A stretch of 34,370 nucleotides of DNA from Candidatus Curtissbacteria bacterium RIFCSPHIGHO2_12_FULL_41_17 (GTDB taxonomy: Bacteria; Patescibacteriota; Microgenomatia; Curtissbacterales; GWA2-41-24), in contig MFBL01000058.1 in assembly GCA_001774945.1 (NCBI GenBank), positions 1-34,370 of the forward strand, in the 5' to 3' direction. Positions 16,943 to 25,254 of the stretch are shown here, in pieces. The translations under genes were made by a program, and so were the position numbers. Under the pieces are notes generated by a model. The model worked only from the letters and a program-made list of their open reading frames with translations, ran no database searches and was not told the origin of the DNA. The first letter of the stretch is position 1, and each line of letters opens with the position of its first letter.

Positions 16943-19900
16943 TTAAGGGATACAACTTTGTAGATCATTTATTGAGAGACCTACTGTCGGTTCTGCTGGA
17001 ATATTAGGAGGTGCCATTGCCCCGCCTGATTTAAAATCATAGTGCAAGTGGCTACCACTAGGTTTATCATCAGGGTCTGTAAGACCGGAATAGCCCATCG
17101 TTCCGACCACTTGACCGCACGATACAGTTTGATTTTGGGACACGGAAAAAGATTGCATATGAGCATAGAGAATCCTAAAGTCATCCTTAACGATATTGAT
17201 AAAGTTGCCGGCTAATTCATTTGAATCACACTCGTGGTTGTCATACTCGGCCTCCGAGCAATCGTTAACACTCACCGTTACTTTACCGTTGTTGATTGTC
17301 GCATAGAGAGGTGTTCCGAGAGCGTTGGTAATGTCTATGGTCTCATTGTGGTATGGGGGGACGTGAGTTCCTTGGCTAATCGTTCCTGTCGTTGGCCAGC
17401 CGCATGGATGGGTCTCACATACTGGCGGATTGCCTATTTTGACACTTGCAGAATCACTGCCGGTGATTGTATCTGGTTGGCCTTCCGGTTTGGCTGTGAC
17501 GGTTACGGTATTGACTACCAATGTATCGGTGTAGTCGTTGTTAATAGAATTGATTTTAAAGCTGCAGCTCCAGGTTGCATGAGCGGTCAAGCTTGTAGGT
17601 GGGGCTGGGTTGCAATCGATAAGGAGGGGTTGGTGGCCCTGATCATTTTGCTTAATGTCGTAATGTTTATTTAGGCCATCTACCGTAATGTTATCGTCGG
17701 TTATTACGATTTCTGACAAGTTGGTATCCTTGACAGTTAAGGTAATCGTAAAAGTGATGTTGGTATCTGGGAGAATAAGCGTTGTAGGATTCGCACTTTT
17801 TTCGATTTTAAAATAGGCGTTATCCGCATTAGTGGGGCCACCAATTTCTTTATCCGTACTAAAAAAACTGGTGGCGGTGGTGATGCCGACGATTAAAGAG
17901 CCGATGGTAATCGCGCCGATTCCGCCGAATACCGGCACGGCGATTACAAAAGTAGGAATCGACAAAGACCCGAGCCCTCCGACTAAAAATCCCATGGCGC
18001 CGGATAAACCTGAGAAAGCTATTCCTACTCCGGCGGTAAGACCGCCCCAGATAGTTGAGGCCAGACCGGTGACAAAACCGGCAAGTCCCGTCGCCGCCCC
18101 AGCACCAACATTGCCGGCGCCGGTAAGAAAATCCTTCACCTGGGACCAGCCTCCGGCTAGTAACCAACCGATGCCGGCACCAATTAAAGCACCGGGCGGT
18201 CCGCCAAAGTAAAATCCAATGGCTGCTCCGGCTAGGGCTCCCGAAGCCGGTGCGCCGATTGTGCCAATGACGTATTTCCCAACTAGGTAACCAATAGCTG
18301 CTCCCACAAAAGTACCGACAACTGCTCCGATCGCTGCACCGGTAAATGCTCCCATAGCGGTAAAAACAGGAATTAATGGGGTTGCTAGGCCGCCGGTAAT
18401 GACAGCAAGACCAGTACCGATAGCGGTGCCAATGCTGGCGCCGACAACTGCTCCCGCGTAAGTGCCGATAACTCCGCCAATTGCCGCACCACCGCCCATG
18501 GAAACAGCCGTTGTGCTACCGGAGGTAAGTCCAAGTGCTATCAATCCACCAGCAACTCCACCTACAAACGCGCCAACAAATCCCCCGCCAAGTATCCCTA
18601 ACCCGGTAAATATTGGAATTGATAAGCCAAAAGTAAACGGAGCTAGCGCAACACCGATTTGAAAGCCGAGGAATCCACCGACTCCCATTCCGACAACCCC
18701 ACCCACACCTGCCCCAATAAGGGCTCCCATAAGCGCTGCCTTACCAAACATCATATAGAAGAAGAGCAGCATGCCTCCAACAAGGACAGCAGCCCCCTTC
18801 CAAATACGATTCATCAAATTACCTGCTGCGGAAGCAATACCCAAGCCTAAACTTTTAGTTGTAATTGTTTTTCCCATACCAAGTGTCGGCGACATAAAAC
18901 TTTCTCTAAGTGACCCGAAAAGATCACCCAGTCCCAGCTTTGGAGAAAGCAGGCTTAAGGTGTTGCGGGCCATAAATATGGGGTTGCCGGAAAGGCTTCT
19001 TGGAGCATAGACTCCGGGGAAGTTACCCATTGCCGCTTCTCGTGAGGTGATTGCGGCCTGATAGGCAAGCGTTAAATTATGTCCGCCGGCAGGCGCAGGT
19101 ATAGACTGCACCAAAGCCATCCAGTTTTTGGCACGCTGTTCGTTTTTAGCCCTGAATGTAAATGCCCTCCCTAAAGCTTGCAAATTTTTCTGGGCTAAAA
19201 GATAGGCTTTGCGGTCTTTGTAAGTTAGCGATCTTTGCTTTTTAAGTTTTTCGACTTGGGATCTTGCCCCGCTTAATTGTTTTTCCAGCCAGCCTCTGTC
19301 GTGGCTGATTAGGGCGTTGTCAAATTGCTCCTGACCCTTGTTTGAAGCAAGCATCATTCTCATCATGAAAGCGTTAACCCCTTTTGCCTGCCCGACAGAT
19401 GCAAACTGGGTGCTTTGCGGATCCAGTCCTAAAATGAAGCCAATTCTGTTGGTAATATCGGTCGGATCAATTCTGCCTTTGAACCTGACGTTTTTGGCAA
19501 ATTCTCCTGAAGCTTCACTGAATGCGGCCGATTTGGCAGTCTGATATGAGGCAAAATCGGGTATTTTACCCTGGGAAAGTTGCGGCTGTATGCGCGCATT
19601 TAAATTGCCAAGATAAGTCTGCAGAAAACCGGAGGTATTGCCGTATAAAGTTTGGTTTACATCGGGTTTGGCCAGAGGCATTCTTGTGGCAACCGCTTGA
19701 TCGACGGCTCCGACAACTAGGGTTCTTAATTGTTCGTCCGGTTTTTCGAGCCTGGCAATATTGACGATTGAGCCTAAAACAGCCGCTTTGGCCAAATCAT
19801 TTTGGTGAGCTTGGGCAACGTCTTGCGTCTGCTTGAGCAGCCCTGCAAATATTTTTCCTTCATTTATCTTCAATTTTCCGTCAAGTTCGGGATGGGCGAC

Positions 19901-20239
19901 GATTGACTGGGTGAGGCTGTCGGCAATCACGGTATTGGCCTCGTTAAAATTATTTATTTTGGCGATATTTTCCAAAATATCGCGGCTGCTTTCGGCGGCG
20001 ATTTCGGCGGCAAGCCGGCTAACAGTACTTTTATCAACGCCGGAAACTACTCTATTTAGAGTTTGGCTGATTTTTGCCTCAAGTGTTGCTGCCAGTTTTT
20101 GCGATACTTCACTTTGATGACTGGCTAAATCTTTCTGAAGAGTGGATATTTCAAGCCTGGAGGTACTATTTTGGGCAGGTTTGGCAGACGTTTGAGTTGG
20201 CATGACAGACTCCACGTTCATGTTAACTGAACGTGGCAA
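16943..20239 (-). CDS. Large Gly-zipper membrane protein with Ig-like domain and C-terminal M23 peptidase
   Basis: About 330 aa of GxxxG hydrophobic repeats; M23 motifs 'H...IDI', 'YAHM', 'GTMGYSG', 'HLHY'. Exact start uncertain. Confidence 0.8.
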   Translation of the reverse strand: MPRSVNMNVESVMPTQTSAKPAQNSTSRLEISTLQKDLASHQSEVSQKLAATLEAKISQTLNRVVSGVDKSTVSRLAAEIAAESSRDILENIAKINNFNEANTVIADSLTQSIVAHPELDGKLKINEGKIFAGLLKQTQDVAQAHQNDLAKAAVLGSIVNIARLEKPDEQLRTLVVGAVDQAVATRMPLAKPDVNQTLYGNTSGFLQTYLGNLNARIQPQLSQGKIPDFASYQTAKSAAFSEASGEFAKNVRFKGRIDPTDITNRIGFILGLDPQSTQFASVGQAKGVNAFMMRMMLASNKGQEQFDNALISHDRGWLEKQLSGARSQVEKLKKQRSLTYKDRKAYLLAQKNLQALGRAFTFRAKNEQRAKNWMALVQSIPAPAGGHNLTLAYQAAITSREAAMGNFPGVYAPRSLSGNPIFMARNTLSLLSPKLGLGDLFGSLRESFMSPTLGMGKTITTKSLGLGIASAAGNLMNRIWKGAAVLVGGMLLFFYMMFGKAALMGALIGAGVGGVVGMGVGGFLGFQIGVALAPFTFGLSIPIFTGLGILGGGFVGAFVGGVAGGLIALGLTSGSTTAVSMGGGAAIGGVIGTYAGAVVGASIGTAIGTGLAVITGGLATPLIPVFTAMGAFTGAAIGAVVGTFVGAAIGYLVGKYVIGTIGAPASGALAGAAIGFYFGGPPGALIGAGIGWLLAGGWSQVKDFLTGAGNVGAGAATGLAGFVTGLASTIWGGLTAGVGIAFSGLSGAMGFLVGGLGSLSIPTFVIAVPVFGGIGAITIGSLIVGITTATSFFSTDKEIGGPTNADNAYFKIEKSANPTTLILPDTNITFTITLTVKDTNLSEIVITDDNITVDGLNKHYDIKQNDQGHQPLLIDCNPAPPTSLTAHATWSCSFKINSINNDYTDTLVVNTVTVTAKPEGQPDTITGSDSASVKIGNPPVCETHPCGWPTTGTISQGTHVPPYHNETIDITNALGTPLYATINNGKVTVSVNDCSEAEYDNHECDSNELAGNFINIVKDDFRILYAHMQSFSVSQNQTVSCGQVVGTMGYSGLTDPDDKPSGSHLHYDFKSGGAMAPPNIPAEPTVGLSINDLQSCIP

Positions 20240-20276
20240 GGAAACTCCTAGCTAGATTAAATATATCACAGGGTGA

Positions 20277-20380
20277 CGTTAATCGGTTACGAAGCCCGTA
20301 TCGTAAAGCGTTTTTCGGTAACGTGATTAATACGCTTGACGTAACCGCTCAACGAAACGAGCATCGTTACCGTAAACCGA
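20277..20380 (+). mobile_element. Gene-less copy of the two arms that flank four-helix-bundle gene 2 (MITE-like)
   Basis: 20277-20304 matches revcomp 27049-27076 at 27/28; 20339-20380 matches revcomp 26580-26620 with 4 mismatches and 1 indel. Confidence 0.7.
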
Positions 20381-20395
20381 CCTACGCTCCAGTTG

Positions 20396-22246
20396 TCAGC
20401 CGCTTGGCGGATTCTGTGGCGTCTGGTCTTCGAATTCTTTAAGAATGGCTGCTGATTTTTTCTGCATCTCCAAAAGCTCTTCCGGGTTGGTGGTAACCAA
20501 GTAGTGTTCGTCTTCGGAGGCAACTACCCTGATTGCCACATGATTTGGGCCGGCAAAGAAAATACCCTCGCCGACATCTGCGGACAAAAGCAAATGTTTC
20601 TCGCCTTCTGAAAGATAAAAAACCTCGGAAACCTGATCGATTGCCGCAGGCGACTGTTTAAGAAGAATTTGGATGGAAGAGTTGGTGACAATGGCCTTAC
20701 CGTAATCTGTAGCTAAGAAATCCTGAACGTCTTGGGTGATAGTCGTTAATCCCAAATAATATTTTCTCGCTCTTTTGGCAATGGAATACATAAAAGTGGC
20801 GCTGTCCGGATACTGCATCAGGTACCAGGCTTCATCAACTATCAGGATTCTTTTCCTGATGTCGTTTTTGATGCGTGTCCAGATGTAGTCTAAAATCAGG
20901 TACATGGCAATCGGCCTAAGCTCGTCTTCCAGATCTTTAATCGAAAAGACAGTGAAGGTGTTTTTAATATCGATATTTGACTGCTGGTTAAAAATGCCAA
21001 TCAGGGAACCCTTAACAAATTTTTCTAAGCGATCGGCAAGACCTTTTGCCTGGGGTTCTTCCATTCCAAGAAGTGCCTTGTATAGATCTTCCATTAAGGG
21101 CGGTTCGTTTTTTTGCGTTGCCGGATCGGGAGTAATGCCTTTTGATTTATAAGTGGCAACCAAGGCTCTATCTAAAATCGCGTCTTCAGTCGGGGTAAGT
21201 TGGCCCATGATAACTCTAAGGAGTCCGTGCAGAGAAAGAATTTTAAGTCCAAGTTCATTTTCTCCTTCCTCATAAACCCCGGAAAGATCAAAGGGATTAA
21301 TTTTGGCAGCAGAGCTGAAATTAAATGAAATGTATTCTCCGCCTATCGCCTCACAAAGATTTTTATATTCCTCTTCGGGATCAATGACAATGATTTCCGT
21401 GCCGAACATTAAAGACCTTAAAGCTTCCAGTTTAACCAGATAAGATTTGCCGGCACCGGACTTGGCAAAAATGACGGCATTGGCATTTTCCTGGCTGAAT
21501 CTGTCAAAAATTACCAATGAGCCGTTATGCTCGTTGACTCCGTACATTACACCGGTATTGGATGAGAGGGTTGATGAGATAAAAGGGAAGGTGGTGGCCA
21601 GTGAGGTCGTATCCATATTTCGGGTAATATAAATATGGTCTGTTCCCTGGGGCAGAGTTGTTTTGAAAGCCTCCTCCTGCTGCAGGGTTGCGTGTTTGGG
21701 GACGAGCAAAAGAGCACCCAGGGTTGATTCTACTTGTTTGGAAATGGAGGCCAATTCTTCCAGCGAGTCTGCTGGAACCGTAACATAGAGTCCGAACTGG
21801 AAAAAGCGCTCTGCACCCTTAACTAATTCTTCCTGTAAAATCTGGGCATCTTCCAAAGCTGCCTGTACAGCCGGGTCGAGGACTTTGCCATGCTGAATAT
21901 CGGTAGCAATGGTTGCCTCCATTTCGGTCACCTTTCTTTTTAAATCGTCAAGCACACCCTTTGCCTCCACAGGGTAACAATACATGGCAATTTCCAGGGT
22001 ATGTTCAAAGTTAATTATAGGTGCGAGCCAGTTTGCCTGGACAAACCTTGGGTAGCCGACGACAAACAGGGTTCGAAAGAAAGTTGAGCCGACTTTTAAG
22101 TAGTCAAAATCGACCTCGATTGCCGGAGGGGCAACGATATCCTTAACAGAAACTATCCCGTTGGCTAGTGTCTGGGCCCACTTCTTTTCCCTCTCAGGAA
22201 GCTGTGTTTGGGTTTTTTTGGGTTTTAACAAATCAAATAAACTCAT
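20396..22246 (-). CDS. virB4: VirB4/ConE-like secretion ATPase
   Basis: Walker A 'AKSGAGKS', 'VIDPEEEY', 'KINPFD', Walker B 'LIVDEAW', 'RARKY..G...ITQ'. Confidence 0.9.
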   Translation of the reverse strand: MSLFDLLKPKKTQTQLPEREKKWAQTLANGIVSVKDIVAPPAIEVDFDYLKVGSTFFRTLFVVGYPRFVQANWLAPIINFEHTLEIAMYCYPVEAKGVLDDLKRKVTEMEATIATDIQHGKVLDPAVQAALEDAQILQEELVKGAERFFQFGLYVTVPADSLEELASISKQVESTLGALLLVPKHATLQQEEAFKTTLPQGTDHIYITRNMDTTSLATTFPFISSTLSSNTGVMYGVNEHNGSLVIFDRFSQENANAVIFAKSGAGKSYLVKLEALRSLMFGTEIIVIDPEEEYKNLCEAIGGEYISFNFSSAAKINPFDLSGVYEEGENELGLKILSLHGLLRVIMGQLTPTEDAILDRALVATYKSKGITPDPATQKNEPPLMEDLYKALLGMEEPQAKGLADRLEKFVKGSLIGIFNQQSNIDIKNTFTVFSIKDLEDELRPIAMYLILDYIWTRIKNDIRKRILIVDEAWYLMQYPDSATFMYSIAKRARKYYLGLTTITQDVQDFLATDYGKAIVTNSSIQILLKQSPAAIDQVSEVFYLSEGEKHLLLSADVGEGIFFAGPNHVAIRVVASEDEHYLVTTNPEELLEMQKKSAAILKEFEDQTPQNPPSG

Positions 22247-23439
22247 ATGCTTTGTTTAAGCTGCCCCTGGCCGTTTTGGCTGACAGCCTGAGTCTTTGTA
22301 CTCTTATTCGTAGAAAAGCTTTGCTTATCAACGAATTGGGCGACCTTGGCTGCGGCTGTTTGCAAATTGGCAAGGGCGGCTTTTTGGTCAGCGGTCAAAT
22401 CGGGACTGGGCTGTGGAGGCCCAGCTGGGACAGTTGTTGCCGGTTGTATCTGGGAAGCTATGCTTTGTTGGGGTGCAGGCCTTAGCTGTTCCTGGGCGGT
22501 TGGAGTTGGCAAGGGTTGATCTTTTGCCTGCGGAGCCGCGTTTGACGGCGGCGGGACGTCTAACGTCCCTGCTGCGTTTGACTGCAGCGGTAAGTCAGAC
22601 TTGCCAGCCACGTTTGACGGTGGCGGGGGTACCGGGATCAGGTTACTTGGAAAAGGCGTACCTGCCTGAGGAGAAGGCGGAGTTTGGTTTGACGGCTGCG
22701 AGGTTGGCTGTTCGGTGGTGGTAGGAACTTGCGGGGTACTAGCTGGTGGCGGGGCAGGGACAGGCTCTTCGATGGCTGGTTCAACTATTGGTATCGTGTA
22801 GGATGCTGAATCTAAAATTACCCTTTGAGTACCGGTTGGCGCGGGGTTGTAAATATCATAAAATAATTCGATTAATTCCTGGGATGAAAGCTGCCGGGCA
22901 GTAAGTCCTAACCTTGCCAGCTGTTTAATAATGTGATCTCTTTTAGGGGAAAGGGCGGCTTTGGCATCCTCAATAAGCGCTCTTTTGCTTTTTGTTTTTT
23001 CGACGTTTCTTTTACCTAAACCTTTAAAGCCCATCTCAAGCGGCGAAAAATTGATAATAATATAAAACCTTTTGTCCAGAACCGCCCTTTGCTGAACAAT
23101 TGACTGGATAAAATCCCGGTATTTTTGAATCTGCCTTTTGATATCCGGATTAACTTGCCCTTTTTCTGCTTCTTCCAGATTGTTAAAATAAGCGGTAATA
23201 TCGGCTTTTTTTGACCTGATTAAAATTTGTACGGGGAAGGTTATGGAATTTAAAAATGCCCCGTATGCATAGATTGTGGCGTCCTGCTCGGCTTCCGAAA
23301 GAAGATCAAAGTTGACGGCGGTGGTTGATAAGACTAAGCCGACCCAGCCAGTCTTAAAAATTATCAGATCGTCTGCGATATCATCAAAATCAAGGTGCTC
23401 TTGCGTTGAAGATTTGATTTTAGTTAGATTTTTGGCCAT
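22243..23439 (-). CDS. TraC-like/VirB4-associated protein with Pro-rich tail
   Basis: 'VNFDLLSEAEQDA....Y..FLNS..FPVQILIRS'; overlaps the virB4 start by 4 nt. Confidence 0.7.
   Translation of the reverse strand: MAKNLTKIKSSTQEHLDFDDIADDLIIFKTGWVGLVLSTTAVNFDLLSEAEQDATIYAYGAFLNSITFPVQILIRSKKADITAYFNNLEEAEKGQVNPDIKRQIQKYRDFIQSIVQQRAVLDKRFYIIINFSPLEMGFKGLGKRNVEKTKSKRALIEDAKAALSPKRDHIIKQLARLGLTARQLSSQELIELFYDIYNPAPTGTQRVILDSASYTIPIVEPAIEEPVPAPPPASTPQVPTTTEQPTSQPSNQTPPSPQAGTPFPSNLIPVPPPPSNVAGKSDLPLQSNAAGTLDVPPPSNAAPQAKDQPLPTPTAQEQLRPAPQQSIASQIQPATTVPAGPPQPSPDLTADQKAALANLQTAAAKVAQFVDKQSFSTNKSTKTQAVSQNGQGQLKQSI
22535..22624. repeat. Five tandem 17-18 bp palindromes with GTNNNAC cores
   Basis: gccgc-gtttgacg-gcggc, gggac-gtctaac-gtccc, gctgc-gtttgact-gcagc, ggtaa-gtcagac-ttgcc, gccac-gtttgacg-gtggc. 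Confidence 0.8.
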
Positions 23440-25051
23440 GAGATCCTCCTTTTTCTTTAATTGCCAACGGTGACAAGACCTCTCCAGTCAGGTTGAGCTT
23501 AATTGGTTCAAATAGTGCCTGGCGGCTTTCAACTTCCAGAATATATGTACCGTTTGGAAGTGACGTTGCCGAAAGAAACTGCCCAAGCTTATTTGTTTTG
23601 AGGGCACGTACAGGAATACCGTTTGTGTCTCTGACAGTAATAATTGCTCCAACAACCGGTGATTCGTCAAATTTTAAAACAAGACCGGAAAGGACATTAG
23701 GCCTGTTTGTTAAGGGGATAAGCTGGGCCCTATTTAAAGTTTCAGATGGGATAGTTATTGCCGGTGTTTTTTGGGCATTAATAGAAATTTTAGAATCAGT
23801 GGTGATTTGCTCCTGTGGTTTTAATGAAACTCCCTGAGCGGTTTGGAGTTTTACCTGGAAGGCAGGGATTATTTCTTGCGCCTTAAAGATACCAGCGTTG
23901 TCTACCTTTTTTTGATCGATAGCCATTGGCGCTGGTACCTGCGGTTTTAAAACATTTTCAGTCGGTAAAATAACGGGAGGGGCTTGGTCTGCTCCTGCCT
24001 CTATAAAAGAATCCTCAATATCATAGTGTTTTTTTAATTCTTCAGAGATTTCAAATCGCTTTTCTCCTCGAATTGGCAAGTTAGCGATATTAAAATTGGC
24101 AGGGGGCGCAAAGTGCAGTTTACGAACTCGGGTTTTACCGATTCCGGGAATAAATGTAATGGTTTCCTTGTGGCTTACCGGAATAAAGACATCGTAAAGG
24201 AAATTGTTTTCAGAGGCTAAGTGGGCCGCAGGTGTTATCGTAATTGGAGATTTGATAAGTTCCACAGGCTCAAAACCTGGTTCTTGCCCAACTTGTGATT
24301 TTTGCAGCTTTTTTTCGATCCCAGCAAGGGTATAGGGTTTAGCATGGTCTGAGATTTTGACTTTTTTTTGTGCCGGAGCCGCCTGCTCTTTTGGTATTTG
24401 GGGATGGACTTGGGGAAGGGCCTGGCCCATTTTGCCAAGATATTCTTCTTCCGGCTTCATTGCCCGAAAACCGGCCGGGTTATTTTGCTGTGGCAGTGAT
24501 GCTCCCAAATAAACAGGCGCCTGCGGATAAATTTGGGATGGAAAGATGATAGGCGGCGGAAGGATGCCCTGGCTGGTTACAACAGGCGTAAGATTAAGTC
24601 TCTCAATTGAAGTTTGCTCCTTGATATCAAGAGGTGTTTCTAAATTTTTCGGTAAGGAGCGCAGATAAGCGACTAATCTTTCGCGGCCCTGGGTTGTAAT
24701 TTCCTCAGGAGCATTTTGCGTATAACTTGGCGAAGTAACAACATTTAAAAATTCGGGGATTTTTTCCTCTTTTATCCAGATTCTTTGAGTTGGTGAAAGG
24801 ATAGCCTTGATAAAAGCGACGACCCATTTATCAAAAGGCCTGCCGCCTATGGGCACAAGAGCAGAAAAGATGCCGAATCCGCCAAAGAGTATAGCCAAAG
24901 GCAGCCGAATTATTGGATTTAAATTGGAGAAAAAGAAAATGGCCGCAAAGGACATAGGAATAGCCAGAGTGACAAACTGCCTGACTGTTAAGTTGCCGAA
25001 CAGCTTGAATTCAAACGAAGCGATATGTTGCGGGACAGGATGTTGTTCCAT
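23420..25051 (-). CDS. prgI: PrgI family protein with C-terminal carboxypeptidase-regulatory-like domain
   Basis: 'HPVPQ....EFKLFGNLTVRQF' plus 2 TM; C-terminal 'LSGLV...PVVGAIITVRD..G..VRALKTNKLGQF'. Confidence 0.75.
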   Translation of the reverse strand: MEQHPVPQHIASFEFKLFGNLTVRQFVTLAIPMSFAAIFFFSNLNPIIRLPLAILFGGFGIFSALVPIGGRPFDKWVVAFIKAILSPTQRIWIKEEKIPEFLNVVTSPSYTQNAPEEITTQGRERLVAYLRSLPKNLETPLDIKEQTSIERLNLTPVVTSQGILPPPIIFPSQIYPQAPVYLGASLPQQNNPAGFRAMKPEEEYLGKMGQALPQVHPQIPKEQAAPAQKKVKISDHAKPYTLAGIEKKLQKSQVGQEPGFEPVELIKSPITITPAAHLASENNFLYDVFIPVSHKETITFIPGIGKTRVRKLHFAPPANFNIANLPIRGEKRFEISEELKKHYDIEDSFIEAGADQAPPVILPTENVLKPQVPAPMAIDQKKVDNAGIFKAQEIIPAFQVKLQTAQGVSLKPQEQITTDSKISINAQKTPAITIPSETLNRAQLIPLTNRPNVLSGLVLKFDESPVVGAIITVRDTNGIPVRALKTNKLGQFLSATSLPNGTYILEVESRQALFEPIKLNLTGEVLSPLAIKEKGGSHGQKSN

Positions 25052-25061
25052 TTCCTTAGAA

Positions 25062-25154
25062 AATTTTCAATTTACAATTTTAAATTTTCAATCAATTTAT
25101 AATAATTTAATTTTTAAACATTTAGATTTCATTTCAAATTAAAAATTAAAAATT
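25062..25154. repeat. Inverted AT-rich 7-nt arrays upstream of prgI
   Basis: aattttc aatttac aatttta aattttc ... tcaaatt aaaaatt aaaaatt. Confidence 0.6.
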
Positions 25155-25254
25155 ATCCAGGCTTTGCCTAAAGCCACCATACCATATGAAACAAGGGGCG
25201 GAAAGTAGATCAAACAGCCTCAAAATAGGTGAATTTTCACAAAAACGGAAGCTT

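Noticed and set aside
20233-20523. ORFs 20233-20442 (+) and 20287-20523 (-)
   Set aside because: They overlap virB4 and read through the non-coding inverted-repeat element, with no protein-like features.
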